Of a stretch of 64,000 nucleotides of DNA, positions 29,685 to 39,364 are shown piece by piece (the first letter of the stretch is position 1; each line of letters starts with the position of its first letter). The notes beneath the pieces are model-generated. The model was not told the DNA's origin. It was given only the letters and a program-made list of their open reading frames with translations, and did not search any database. A program made the position numbers and the translations under genes. This DNA is from Sphingobacteriaceae bacterium UBA2059 (GTDB lineage Bacteria; Bacteroidota; Bacteroidia; Sphingobacteriales; Sphingobacteriaceae): NCBI GenBank assembly GCA_002332615.1, contig DDAL01000031.1, positions 94,967 through 158,966 of the forward strand, read 5' to 3'.

Positions 29685-30412
29685 AGCATGAGGTCGGTTA
29701 TTACGTAGTCGGCACAAAGGATAGTGATACAGCTTATAACGACTGTCTGAGTACTCGCTCTGCCCACCTCAAGGGCACTGCCTTTTACATAAAAGCCCTG
29801 GTAAGAAGATACGGACGTAATAATAAATCCAAAAAAGAAGGCCTTAACCAAAGCAACGACAACTGTATACGGATTGAAGCCTTCCGTTATTCCGGCATAA
29901 TAATCTGCACCAGATATGGCGCCAGATAGTGTACCCCCGAGATAACCACCCAGGATAGCAAGCCCTATAGATATTATTACCAGTAAAGGAACCATGGTTA
30001 TGCCTGCAATTATTTTTGGAAGTATCAGGTAGCCGGGAGCGTTGATTCCCATGATTTCCAGAGCATCAATTTGTTCGGTAACGCGCATGGTGCCGATTTC
30101 TGAGGAGATTGACGATCCTATCTTTCCCGCCAGAACCAAAGCGCTGATAGTGGGGCTTAATTCCAAAATGGCTGAGTCTCGGTTTACAGAGCCGATAATT
30201 GTACGTGGTATAAGATCGCTCATTAGCTGAAAGGCTATTTGCAGAGTCATTACCGCACCAACGAATGTAGAAATGATCGCGATAAGATAAAGCGAATCAA
30301 CACCTATGTATACCATTTCATTGCTGATATTTTTAAGATAAATCTTCCATTTTTCAGGTCGCTTAAAAACAGCCTTAAGCAATAATATGTATCTTCCGAA
30401 GCTTGTAAACAT
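29681..30412 (-). CDS. MlaE-family ABC transporter permease
   Basis: 243 aa, polytopic. The conserved MlaE core is present: GVDSLYLIAIISTFVGAVMTLQ...TEQIDALEIMGINP.... Confidence 0.88.
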   Translation of the reverse strand: MFTSFGRYILLLKAVFKRPEKWKIYLKNISNEMVYIGVDSLYLIAIISTFVGAVMTLQIAFQLMSDLIPRTIIGSVNRDSAILELSPTISALVLAGKIGSSISSEIGTMRVTEQIDALEIMGINAPGYLILPKIIAGITMVPLLVIISIGLAILGGYLGGTLSGAISGADYYAGITEGFNPYTVVVALVKAFFFGFIITSVSSYQGFYVKGSALEVGRASTQTVVISCITILCADYVITDLML

Positions 30413-30596
30413 AATGAGTTGTAAAAGTAATCTTTATAATAATAAGTTATCAGTTTCTCAATTTAAAAACGAAATAAAAAAGGCCTGTTGGATAAGAATA
30501 GTAGAAAAACGGGTTGAGATTGTCCAATATTAAACATTTCTGTTATTTAAGTGTGATAAACTTAAACCAAATAAGCAAGTCTTATGTTTGAATACT

Positions 30597-31133
30597 ATGG
30601 AAAAAAGACTAACACGTAGCCGAAACAATAAAGTAATCGGAGGGGTAGCGTCCGGTTTAGGAGATTACTTAAATATGGATCCGACCCTTGTCAGAGTGAT
30701 ATTTATACTGCTGGCTGTTTTAGGGCTTTCAGGTGTGCTTATTTATATCATACTGTGGGTCGTCTTGCCTTCGGCATCTATTTATGAAGACGTTGCACGT
30801 TATCAGCCCGGTTTACATACAGAAAGAGCGCAGGATTTATCTCAGGCACCGTTAAGTCGCTCTCGGTCTACAGATAATACCAGGAATGTTGCCGGTGTTG
30901 TACTGCTGGCCTTGGGTATTTATTTCTTGTTGGAGGAGTTCTTTTATATACCCGAGTGGTTTTCTTTCAATAAGTTATGGCCTTTTATCTTAATCATTGT
31001 CGGGGTTTTAATTTTGGCCGGTGGAAAGAAGAGCAGAGAAGAAGTCCTTTCTGGAACTGATACAGGCCATTCGCCTGATTTCAGAGAAGATGACCGTTCG
31101 GGGACTCCATCCGATAACGATCCACTGCGATAA
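30597..31133 (+). CDS. PspC domain-containing membrane protein
   Basis: RLTRSRNNKVIGGVASGLGDYLNMDPTLVRVIFILLAVLG...LIYIILWVVLP is a canonical PspC domain. A second TM region and a disordered acidic tail follow. Confidence 0.85.
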   Translation: MEKRLTRSRNNKVIGGVASGLGDYLNMDPTLVRVIFILLAVLGLSGVLIYIILWVVLPSASIYEDVARYQPGLHTERAQDLSQAPLSRSRSTDNTRNVAGVVLLALGIYFLLEEFFYIPEWFSFNKLWPFILIIVGVLILAGGKKSREEVLSGTDTGHSPDFREDDRSGTPSDNDPLR

Positions 31134-31138
31134 ATCCT

Positions 31139-32050
31139 ATGAAGAGAGAAAATGCTATCTGGGGCTTAGTGCTGATAGTAACAGGTGCGGTCTTCCTGTT
31201 ACAGAATTTTGGCCTGGTTCATCTTGACTGGGATCAGATATGGAGGTTCTGGCCGCTGGTATTGATTCTTTTAGGATTTAATTTTTTGTTTTCCCGATAT
31301 AGAGGGGGATTTCTTATTTCACTTGTTTTGACCATCTTATTTCTAGCCTTTCTACTTTACGAGGGGCTAGTCATTACACGGCATCAAACCGTTAAACCTT
31401 TTAATAGGAATAGCGCATGGAGTGGTCAAAAGCAGCAGGAGAGTATTTATACAGAGGATTACGAGACTAACGTTAAGTATGCAAATCTTACTATTAACGG
31501 TGGAGTCAGTAACTGTTTGATCGAATCTGAACCAGATAAGCTGTTTAAAGCGATATCCGCAACCGGATATTATAAGTATTTCTTGCGCAGCTTGTATTCC
31601 GACTCAAGCGTTTCTTTGAGTCTTCAGCTAAAAGATAAGGCAGATCACCCACTATCGGTTAAAGGCAACAAGCTGGACGTTCGGCTTAATACCCATCCTC
31701 TTTGGACTATTAATACGAATGCGCCAAGTTCTACATTCATTTTTGATATGAGCACCCTAAGAATAGGCAGTTTAAGTTTTTCTGAAAAGGTATCATTCGC
31801 AAAAATAAAGCTGGGAACATCTCGTGAAACTACCACAGTCAAACTGGACGACGGATTTGAAAAGCTTGCATTTACGGTACCACGGGCGACCCAGATTAAA
31901 GTTCTTTCCGAAGAAGATCTTCCTTCCTTAAAAGGGTTTTCCAAACAGGCAGATGGAAGTTTTATCACATCGGGATATAAGGAATCAGACGCCGGAATTC
32001 AAATAGTATTGAAAGGGAAGGGATCCGATTTGAGTATTGACTATTACTAA
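31139..32050 (+). CDS. LiaF-like membrane protein (LiaI/LiaF-type TM hairpins plus a beta-rich C-terminal domain)
   Basis: The N-terminus AIWGLVLIVTGAVFLLQNFGL...WRFWPLVLILLGFNFLF resembles the LiaI-LiaF-like TM region. The C-terminal ~200 aa are Ser/Thr/Lys-rich and beta-like. It starts 5 nt after the PspC stop. Confidence 0.55.
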   Translation: MKRENAIWGLVLIVTGAVFLLQNFGLVHLDWDQIWRFWPLVLILLGFNFLFSRYRGGFLISLVLTILFLAFLLYEGLVITRHQTVKPFNRNSAWSGQKQQESIYTEDYETNVKYANLTINGGVSNCLIESEPDKLFKAISATGYYKYFLRSLYSDSSVSLSLQLKDKADHPLSVKGNKLDVRLNTHPLWTINTNAPSSTFIFDMSTLRIGSLSFSEKVSFAKIKLGTSRETTTVKLDDGFEKLAFTVPRATQIKVLSEEDLPSLKGFSKQADGSFITSGYKESDAGIQIVLKGKGSDLSIDYY

Positions 32051-32060
32051 AGAGCTCTGG

Positions 32061-32504
32061 TTAGGAATTAGCGGCTTCAGTGCTGCATTTTGCGCAGATG
32101 CCCGTAATTATAAGGCTTACAGAAGAGGTTTTGAAACCCTTGGGCAGCCTTATTTTTGCAATGTGATTTTCATTAAAACAGTAGATCCCATTGCAGGACG
32201 TACAGTTAAAGTGAACATGTTCATCATGATGCTTTTTTTCAGTACAGGTTGAGTGACAAACAGCATAGTTTGCAGTTCCGTTAACATCTATAATCTTATG
32301 TATTATCCCTTTTTCTTCAAAGGTCTTAAGAATACGATAAAGCGTTACTCTGTCCACTTCAGCACCCAGCAGTTCTTCCAGATAAGGCTGTGAAGTTGCT
32401 ACATCGCGTGTTGTTAATATTTCTAAAACCCTGTATCTGGGAGCGGTCTTTTTAAGGCGATGCTTCTCCAAAAGGGTATCAAACGTATTATTTATTACTT
32501 TCAT
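32061..32504 (-). CDS. Fur-family metalloregulator (Fur/Zur/PerR; subtype not resolved)
   Basis: Winged-HTH (RYRVLEILT...VTLYRILKTFEEKGIIHK), the metal-site segment HHDEHVHFNCTSCNG, and a C-terminal CAKC. Confidence 0.88.
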   Translation of the reverse strand: MKVINNTFDTLLEKHRLKKTAPRYRVLEILTTRDVATSQPYLEELLGAEVDRVTLYRILKTFEEKGIIHKIIDVNGTANYAVCHSTCTEKKHHDEHVHFNCTSCNGIYCFNENHIAKIRLPKGFKTSSVSLIITGICAKCSTEAANS

Positions 32505-32602
32505 TTCTTTATAAAATTAAGCAATATATATTATTGTTGGTTTAAAAAGAAATGTGCCATTGGCGAATTCTTTACCTTTGCGTAACGTTCAATCATGATA
32601 GA

Positions 32603-34582
32603 ATGGTAGATAAAACAATATCGACAGTACCAGGGTACTGCAATTCTCTGGTCACCTACTCTCGTTTTCAAACTTGCGAAGTTGTTATCGGCAATGTTCC
32701 TATGGGTGGTAATAACCCCATCAGGATACAAAGCATGACAACTACAGATACAATGGATACAATGGCCACCGTAGAGCAAACGATCCGGATGGTTGAAGCA
32801 GGATGTGAGTATGTACGAATTACAGCGCCCAGCGTCAAGGAGGCTCTCAATCTTTCAAATATCAAGAGTGAGCTTAGATTAAGAGGTTATGATGTGCCGC
32901 TTATCGCCGATATTCATTTTACTCCAAATGCTGCCGAAGCCGCTGCCAGGATAGTAGAAAAGGTACGGATCAACCCTGGTAATTATGCCGACAGGAAGAA
33001 GTTTGACCAGCTTGAGTATACTCATTCGGAATATGAGGCGGAACTGGAGAGGATTTATAACAAATTTTCTCCCCTTGTTAAAGTGTGCAAGGAATACGGT
33101 ACAGCTATGCGTATTGGTACCAACCATGGATCCCTTTCAGACAGGATTATGAGTTATTACGGAGATACGCCTCGAGGTATGGTTGAATCTGCAATGGAGT
33201 TTATAAGAATGTGCGAGAGCCTAAATTATTACAGCCTTGTTGTTTCAATGAAGTCAAGCAATCCCCAGGTAATGGTTCAGGCTTACCGGCTGCTCGTACA
33301 GGTAATGAAGGCCGAAAATATGCGTTATCCTTTGCACCTCGGCGTTACCGAAGCGGGCGACGGGGAGGACGGGAGGATAAAATCTGCTGTTGGCATAGGC
33401 ACTTTGCTAGAAGACGGTCTGGGCGATACCATTCGTGTTTCGCTCACCGAAGATCCGGAACAAGAAGCGCCTGTAGCGATTGCTCTTGCTAGCCGATACA
33501 GTGAAAGAGCCGCATCTAAACAGCCCTTTACAGAACAAATGCATGCTATACATAGTGTATCAGGTTATACTCCTTATGAGTTTCAAAAGAGAGAAAGCAG
33601 GGAAACTGCTTCTTTCATTGGAGGAAGTCAGGTGCCGAGGGTTATTGTTGATCTTTCCATGCTCGAACTTAAAGATCCGGGAGTATTGTCGTCGGTGGGG
33701 TATAAATATTCCTATCTGCTGGATAAGTACGATATGAGCGAGCAGTCTGTAGATTTTGTTTATTTAGGGAAGGAACTGCCTTCGTTTACAATGCCTGGCA
33801 ATCTAAAGCAGATATACAACTATCAAGCGTGGTTAAATCTTACACAACGAAATAATTGCCATCCCTTATTAACTCTTAGCGAGTACTATGCTGGCCAACA
33901 AAAAGACACCAGGCTAAACTTTCTCAGGGTAGTGAATGAGGATTTAGATGACAGGCTAACGAAAGTCTGTATATCAGACCCAACACTCGTTCTCATATTA
34001 AGCACTTCATCTGTACACGGAATGGCTGATCAGAGGCAGTTTTTCTTCAAGCTTCTGAACAATGGGGTCCAAGTGCCGGTAATTATTCAAAGAACTTACA
34101 CTTCTATAAACACCAGGTACGATCCCGTCTCAACGTTTCAGCTCGCGGCTGCGACGGATACAGGAGCTTTGCTGATAGATGGCTTTGGCGATGGCATATG
34201 GCTTCGGGCGAATAACATAACACCCTCTGATATCACGAGTACATCTTTTGCAATATTACAGGCCACACGGTCAAGAATATCTAAGACTGAATATATATCA
34301 TGTCCTAGCTGTGGCAGAACTCTTTTTGATTTACAAGAAACCACTCAAATGATACGAAGCCGGACAAGCCACCTCAAGGGACTCAAGATCGGCATCATGG
34401 GTTGTATCGTAAACGGTCCCGGGGAAATGGCTGATGCTGATTATGGATATGTAGGAACCGGTCCGGATAAGATTACCTTGTATCGAGGAAAGGAAGTAGT
34501 AAAGAAAAACGTAAGCAGTGCCCAAGCCCTCGACGAGCTAATCACTATTATTCAGGCTGACGGTAACTGGGTAGAATCATAA
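32603..34582 (+). CDS. ispG: 4-hydroxy-3-methylbut-2-enyl diphosphate synthase IspG, long form with an inserted domain
   Basis: TIM-barrel N-domain (GGNNPIRIQSMTTTDT) and a [4Fe-4S] C-domain (CPSCGRT...GCIVNGPGE) are separated by roughly 270 aa, as in the plant/Chlamydia/Bacteroidota type. I prefer the start MVDKTIST (32603). Confidence 0.93.
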   Translation: MVDKTISTVPGYCNSLVTYSRFQTCEVVIGNVPMGGNNPIRIQSMTTTDTMDTMATVEQTIRMVEAGCEYVRITAPSVKEALNLSNIKSELRLRGYDVPLIADIHFTPNAAEAAARIVEKVRINPGNYADRKKFDQLEYTHSEYEAELERIYNKFSPLVKVCKEYGTAMRIGTNHGSLSDRIMSYYGDTPRGMVESAMEFIRMCESLNYYSLVVSMKSSNPQVMVQAYRLLVQVMKAENMRYPLHLGVTEAGDGEDGRIKSAVGIGTLLEDGLGDTIRVSLTEDPEQEAPVAIALASRYSERAASKQPFTEQMHAIHSVSGYTPYEFQKRESRETASFIGGSQVPRVIVDLSMLELKDPGVLSSVGYKYSYLLDKYDMSEQSVDFVYLGKELPSFTMPGNLKQIYNYQAWLNLTQRNNCHPLLTLSEYYAGQQKDTRLNFLRVVNEDLDDRLTKVCISDPTLVLILSTSSVHGMADQRQFFFKLLNNGVQVPVIIQRTYTSINTRYDPVSTFQLAAATDTGALLIDGFGDGIWLRANNITPSDITSTSFAILQATRSRISKTEYISCPSCGRTLFDLQETTQMIRSRTSHLKGLKIGIMGCIVNGPGEMADADYGYVGTGPDKITLYRGKEVVKKNVSSAQALDELITIIQADGNWVES

Positions 34583-34585
34583 GGA

Positions 34586-34627
34586 AAGAGTCGGTAAGTG
34601 ATCTTAAAAATCACCTGCCGGACTCTT
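34586..34627. terminator. Imperfect hairpin between convergent ispG and the transketolase genes
   Basis: AAGAGTCGGTAAGTGAT-cttaaaa-ATCACCTGCCGGACTCTT has several mismatches. There is no strong T-run. Confidence 0.45.
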
Positions 34628-34639
34628 ACCGATAATAAG

Positions 34640-35593
34640 TTATTTTCTGGATATAGCTTTTCGTGCTGCCTCCACAATATGAGCGCTTTCCAAACCATAT
34701 TTTTTCATAAGTTCTGTCGGGGTGCCACTCTCTCCAAAAGAATCATCTACTGCAACAAATTCCTGAGGTACCAGGTGTCTTGTAACAAGTAGCTGAGCTA
34801 TGCTTTCGCCTAGTCCGCCGAAGCGATTGTGCTCTTCACAGGATACCAGACAGCCTGTCTTTGCAACTGAGCGTAATATGGAATCTTCGTCAAGTGGTTT
34901 TATGGTATGAATGTTTATTATTTCCGCATCTATACCTAGTTCAGCAAGCTTTTCACCCGCTTCAATTGCTTCCCAAACCATATGGCCTGTTGCAACGATA
35001 GTAACATCCTTGCCCTCATTAACCATCCATGCTTTCCCTATCTCAAATAGCTGATCAGGATCTGTAAATACAGGCATAACAGGCCGGCCAAAACGCAGGT
35101 ATACAGGGCCTTCAAATTCCGCAATAGCCATAGTAGCAGCTTTGGTCTGGTTATAATCGCAGGTGTTAATAACGGTCATGCCCGGCAACATTTTCATCAG
35201 GCCAATATCTTCCAGTATCTGGTGCGTGGCTCCATCTTCTCCCAGCGTTAAACCAGCGTGGGATGCACAGATTTTTACATTCTTATTTGAATAGGCAATC
35301 GACTGGCGGATCTGATCATACACCCTCCCGGTAGAAAAATTTGCGAATGTGCCCGTAAAAGGTATCTTACCGCCAATGGTCATTCCGGCTGCAATACACA
35401 TCATGTTTGCTTCCGCAATTCCTATTTGAAAAAACCGCTCGGGAAACTCCTTTATAAAGGCATCCATTTTAAGTGATCCGATAAGATCAGCACAAAGCGC
35501 AACCACATTTTCATTCTTTTTTCCAGCTTCCAGTAAACCGGCGCCGAATCCTGAGCGGGTATCTTTCTTTTCTGTGTAAGTATATTTTTTCAT
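34640..35593 (-). CDS. Transketolase, C-terminal (pyrimidine-binding) subunit
   Basis: 317 aa with FFQIGIAEANM and a C-terminal transketolase domain. It is paired with the N-terminal subunit gene immediately upstream. Confidence 0.92.
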   Translation of the reverse strand: MKKYTYTEKKDTRSGFGAGLLEAGKKNENVVALCADLIGSLKMDAFIKEFPERFFQIGIAEANMMCIAAGMTIGGKIPFTGTFANFSTGRVYDQIRQSIAYSNKNVKICASHAGLTLGEDGATHQILEDIGLMKMLPGMTVINTCDYNQTKAATMAIAEFEGPVYLRFGRPVMPVFTDPDQLFEIGKAWMVNEGKDVTIVATGHMVWEAIEAGEKLAELGIDAEIINIHTIKPLDEDSILRSVAKTGCLVSCEEHNRFGGLGESIAQLLVTRHLVPQEFVAVDDSFGESGTPTELMKKYGLESAHIVEAARKAISRK

Positions 35594-35639
35594 GTTAAGC
35601 TGTTCTCAGTTACAAAGTTCTTTCCAAAAGTTATACAGA

Positions 35640-36485
35640 TTAATAATCACCATCCGAACATTGTAATTGAGCCAAAGCCAGCTCAAGCTGTTCATCATTT
35701 GGGGCTACGCCATGCCATTTATGAGTACCCATCATAAAATCAACCCCTTGACCCATTGTGGTATGCATTAGAATCATTATTGGTTTTCCTTTAAAAGCTT
35801 TTGTTTTCGCAAGTTCAAGAACCCGGATTACATCTTCCATATCGTTGCCGTTCATTTCCATCACATCCCAGCCGAAAGCTTCCCATTTTGCATGTAAGTT
35901 ACCGAGTGAAAGCACTTGATCGGTAGGGCCATCAATCTGCTGTCCGTTCAAATCGATGGCAGATATAAGATTGTCCACTTTTTTATGAGGAGCATACATG
36001 GCTGCTTCCCAAATCTGACCTTCCTGTAACTCCCCGTCGCCATGTAAAGAAAACACAAGCGAGTTATCGTTGTTCAGACGCTTTGTTAAAGCCGCTCCAA
36101 TAGCTACCGACAGGCCCTGGCCAAGGGAACCTGAAGCAATCCGGATACCGGGTAAGCCCTCATGAGTAGTCGGATGTCCCTGAACACGCGAGTTCAATTT
36201 CCTGAACGTAGCTAATTCCTCAATACCGAAGTATCCCGACCTTGCAAGTACACTATACCATACCGGAGAGATATGTCCGTTAGAGAGGAAGAAAAGGTCT
36301 TCACCTTTACCATCCATGTTAAAATCAGAATTATGCTTCATTACATGGAAGTAAAGAGCAACAAAATAGTCGGTACAACCCAATGAGCCTCCCGGGTGTC
36401 CAGACTGGCACTGATGCACCATTCTTACAATATCCCGTCTGACTTGTTTAGCTATACCATTAAGTTTTTCAATGTCTGCCTTCAT
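35640..36485 (-). CDS. Transketolase, N-terminal (TPP-binding) subunit
   Basis: 281 aa with GHPGGSLG and the TPP motif GDGELQEGQIWEA. Confidence 0.92.
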   Translation of the reverse strand: MKADIEKLNGIAKQVRRDIVRMVHQCQSGHPGGSLGCTDYFVALYFHVMKHNSDFNMDGKGEDLFFLSNGHISPVWYSVLARSGYFGIEELATFRKLNSRVQGHPTTHEGLPGIRIASGSLGQGLSVAIGAALTKRLNNDNSLVFSLHGDGELQEGQIWEAAMYAPHKKVDNLISAIDLNGQQIDGPTDQVLSLGNLHAKWEAFGWDVMEMNGNDMEDVIRVLELAKTKAFKGKPIMILMHTTMGQGVDFMMGTHKWHGVAPNDEQLELALAQLQCSDGDY

Positions 36486-36532
36486 TTTTTTGGAAAGAAA
36501 ATCAAAATTAGAAATAAAATGTGCAATAAAGC

Positions 36533-37000
36533 TTAGTTGCTCAATAAATCAAGTATCTGCTTAGAAGCAGCTTTCGTATTTACCTTATCTATTATCTTTA
36601 CTATAATTCCCTGTTTATTAATAAGGAATGTCTTACGCGCCGTTCCCATATAATTCCGGCCATACATGCTTTTCTCCACCCATACGCCATATGCCTCAAC
36701 AATTTTCTTATCGGTATCAGCCAGGAGTGTAAAAGGAAGATCATACTTGGAAGAAAATTTTTGGTGCGATGTTTCGTCATCAGTACTAATCCCTATAAGA
36801 GCAAAGCCCTTATCTTTTAGCAGCTGATAGTTATCTCTAAGGTCACAAGCCTGCGCTGTACAACCCGAAGTATTGTCCTTTGGATAAAAATACACAATTA
36901 AATCCTTCCCAGCATAGTCACCCAGACTAACCTCATTTCCGTACTGGTCCTTTGCTGAAAATCCAGGTGCCTTCATGCCTTCTTCTAATTTGTTCGCCAT
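36533..37000 (-). CDS. bcp: Thioredoxin-dependent thiol peroxidase (peroxiredoxin Q/BCP)
   Basis: Peroxidatic motif YPKDNTSGCTAQAC. I prefer the start MANKLEEGMKAPGF, because the ORF-track extension would overlap the upstream M23 gene. Confidence 0.9.
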   Translation of the reverse strand: MANKLEEGMKAPGFSAKDQYGNEVSLGDYAGKDLIVYFYPKDNTSGCTAQACDLRDNYQLLKDKGFALIGISTDDETSHQKFSSKYDLPFTLLADTDKKIVEAYGVWVEKSMYGRNYMGTARKTFLINKQGIIVKIIDKVNTKAASKQILDLLSN

Positions 37001-37007
37001 ACTATTG

Positions 37008-38747
37008 CTATTTAATAAAAGTCGCTTTATAATTCTTCGTATTTTGTTTGTTATCAACAATCTTTAGCTCAAATACGTGCTTCCCACTGCTTAAGCCTTT
37101 ATCCAATACGTGCCACATGGTTCTTGACTTAGGATCATATTCCATCAAAACCCACTGTCCATCTATATAACCTTTAAAGGACGCTATACCCGACAAATTG
37201 TCCCACACCTTGAGTTGTAGCTTTTGCAGACCTTTTAGGGTCTTTCCATTGAAGAGATTAATCGGTTTCACGTAGGGTGCCACAGTGTCTGTTGTAATGT
37301 GAAACGTATCAAATGAGCTTACGCTTGCTCTGACGAAACCGTTTTCATACGTTCCCCCCTGAGAAGAACCCCTGCTGTTCACAATAAGGGACTTGTTCTG
37401 CAGTTGGGATGTTAATGCAGGTTTTGCCCTGATTGAAACAGAGTAAGGAGTATGTAGAGGGGTAAGCCGGTTATGTATCTGATGGTAATCTGAATAACCA
37501 GTTGTAAATACCCTCTTCGAGTAAGTAAAGACCATATCATTATACAATGCTCCCTTAGGAATCACCACCTTAATGTCATCCGTATTGAAGATGTTTTGCT
37601 CATTATATTTAAAGGTCTTTACGCCAGAGGACTGTTTCCTGTTGCTGAGGTTCGCTTTGGAGTTGTATTTTATTTCAAATCTGAGGATACTTCGATTACC
37701 TGCAATATCTTCCACGCTAAACTTCAGCTTATGTATACTGTCGTCTTTTAAATTGATAATTCCACTATTTACAAGTGTTTTATAGTTGTTTAAAGGATTT
37801 CCCGGCTCTACAAAAGCTTTTTGTATAGTTTTTCCGTAAAGAAGGTAAGAAGGGTAATCAATATGTGCATTCGAAGCTCTTGTATTTGCAAAAGAAAATC
37901 GATCATTTTCAAAGAAAAAAACCACCTGACTATCCAGCATAAGCTCAATAGAATAGATGCCATTTTTATTTCCGGCAGCTTGTCTGTCAAAGGTCGTGAT
38001 GCCAAATCCTACGTCTCCGCTAAAGTTAATCACGGGAGAGCCGCTTAGGTGGTAGATGCCGTCAGAGCCTTTTACCTCAAAGTATTGTTTTGGCGTATCT
38101 TCGTTAAATGGTTGTCCATTAAGTCGATACATATACAAAGCGGTTATAGAAGGTTCAATTGGATCATTAACCGGTAAGCCGAACAAGGCGGGGTTTATTA
38201 CTTCCTCCGTTTTAGTATCCCTGATTTCATAATGCAAATGCGGCCCGCCTGATGAGCCCGAGTTACCCGACCAGGCAATCAAGTCACCTTTCTTAACCGG
38301 AATTTCCAGAGAAGAAGCAGGAAAGTCTACCGCAAAAGACTCCATTTTACGCTGATAGAAACTTACAAGCTGCGATATCTTAGGACTAAAACGCTGTAGG
38401 TGTGCATATACACTGGTGAATCCGTTGGGATGAGTAACGTATAAGGCATTGCCGAATCCTCCCAGCTGGACACGAAGTCTTGATACATAGCCATCGGCAA
38501 CGGCATAAACCGGATAGCCCTCGCGCTGGTTCGTTCTGTAATCCAGGCCGGAATGAAAGTGATTGCCTCTTATCTCACCAAACGATCCCGAAAAGGAGGG
38601 AGGTAACTTCATAGGCGCGTTGAAAACACCCTTTGGATAGGGGTGTCTTTGTGATGCTGACAGGCTGAAGGCCGGGTTGAGGGCAAAAGGGAATACAATT
38701 AAAATAAAAAGAAGCTTATTTAATTTCAAAATCCAGTAGTTTTTCAT
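37008..38747 (-). CDS. M23-family metallopeptidase with a long C-terminal extension
   Basis: HFHSGLDY (HxxxD) and GPHLHYEI (HxH). I prefer the start MKNYWILKLNKLLFILIVFPFA (signal peptide), which overlaps the upstream gene by 32 nt. Confidence 0.85.
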   Translation of the reverse strand: MKNYWILKLNKLLFILIVFPFALNPAFSLSASQRHPYPKGVFNAPMKLPPSFSGSFGEIRGNHFHSGLDYRTNQREGYPVYAVADGYVSRLRVQLGGFGNALYVTHPNGFTSVYAHLQRFSPKISQLVSFYQRKMESFAVDFPASSLEIPVKKGDLIAWSGNSGSSGGPHLHYEIRDTKTEEVINPALFGLPVNDPIEPSITALYMYRLNGQPFNEDTPKQYFEVKGSDGIYHLSGSPVINFSGDVGFGITTFDRQAAGNKNGIYSIELMLDSQVVFFFENDRFSFANTRASNAHIDYPSYLLYGKTIQKAFVEPGNPLNNYKTLVNSGIINLKDDSIHKLKFSVEDIAGNRSILRFEIKYNSKANLSNRKQSSGVKTFKYNEQNIFNTDDIKVVIPKGALYNDMVFTYSKRVFTTGYSDYHQIHNRLTPLHTPYSVSIRAKPALTSQLQNKSLIVNSRGSSQGGTYENGFVRASVSSFDTFHITTDTVAPYVKPINLFNGKTLKGLQKLQLKVWDNLSGIASFKGYIDGQWVLMEYDPKSRTMWHVLDKGLSSGKHVFELKIVDNKQNTKNYKATFIK

Positions 38748-39327
38748 TTTCAATATACCCCTGCAGCCTGTCTCCACGCTTAACTTCACCTACTCCGGCA
38801 GGAGTGCCTGTAAAAATCAGATCTCCCTTTTTTAAGGTAATGAACCGAGATATGAATGCAATAAGAAAGTCAAATGAAAAAATGAGGTCTCTTGTATTTC
38901 CTTGCTGAACTAAAGTCTGGTTTTTAAGCAAGCTAAAGTTGATCGCTTCCAGGCTTTGGAAAGATGTTTTTTCGACAAACCTGCCAATGGGCGCGGAGTT
39001 ATCAAAAGCTTTGGAAAGCTCCCATGGAAGACCTTTGCCTTTGAGCTTTCCCTGTAAGTCGCGAGCTGTAAAATCAATTCCTAATCCTATTTCAGTGTAG
39101 TAGTCTTTTGCAAAACGCTCAGCTATGTGCTTTCCCTCTTTGGCTATTTTAATTATGAGTTCCACTTCATGGTGTAAGCTTTCCGAAAAGTCAGGATAAT
39201 AAAAAGGCTTGTTATCTTTTAGCAGGGCCGTATCAGGCTTCATAAAAATAACAGGAGACTCGGGTATCTCATTTTTCAGCTCTTTCGCATGATCGGCATA
39301 GTTTCTGCCTACTGCAATAATTTTCAT
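38716..39327 (-). CDS. Fumarylacetoacetate hydrolase (FAH) family protein
   Basis: 203 aa with GIDFTARDLQ and GDLIFTGTPAGVG, typical of the FAH C-terminal domain. Confidence 0.88.
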   Translation of the reverse strand: MKIIAVGRNYADHAKELKNEIPESPVIFMKPDTALLKDNKPFYYPDFSESLHHEVELIIKIAKEGKHIAERFAKDYYTEIGLGIDFTARDLQGKLKGKGLPWELSKAFDNSAPIGRFVEKTSFQSLEAINFSLLKNQTLVQQGNTRDLIFSFDFLIAFISRFITLKKGDLIFTGTPAGVGEVKRGDRLQGYIENEKLLDFEIK

Positions 39328-39364
39328 AAGCCAAAAGTAAGCAAACAGTATGGCACTGCGAAAG

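Noticed and set aside
33211-33737. Arg/Ser/Gly-rich alternative-frame ORFs inside ispG
   Set aside because: They are same-strand, out-of-frame ORFs within a gene whose own frame carries all the IspG motifs. The translations are low-complexity.
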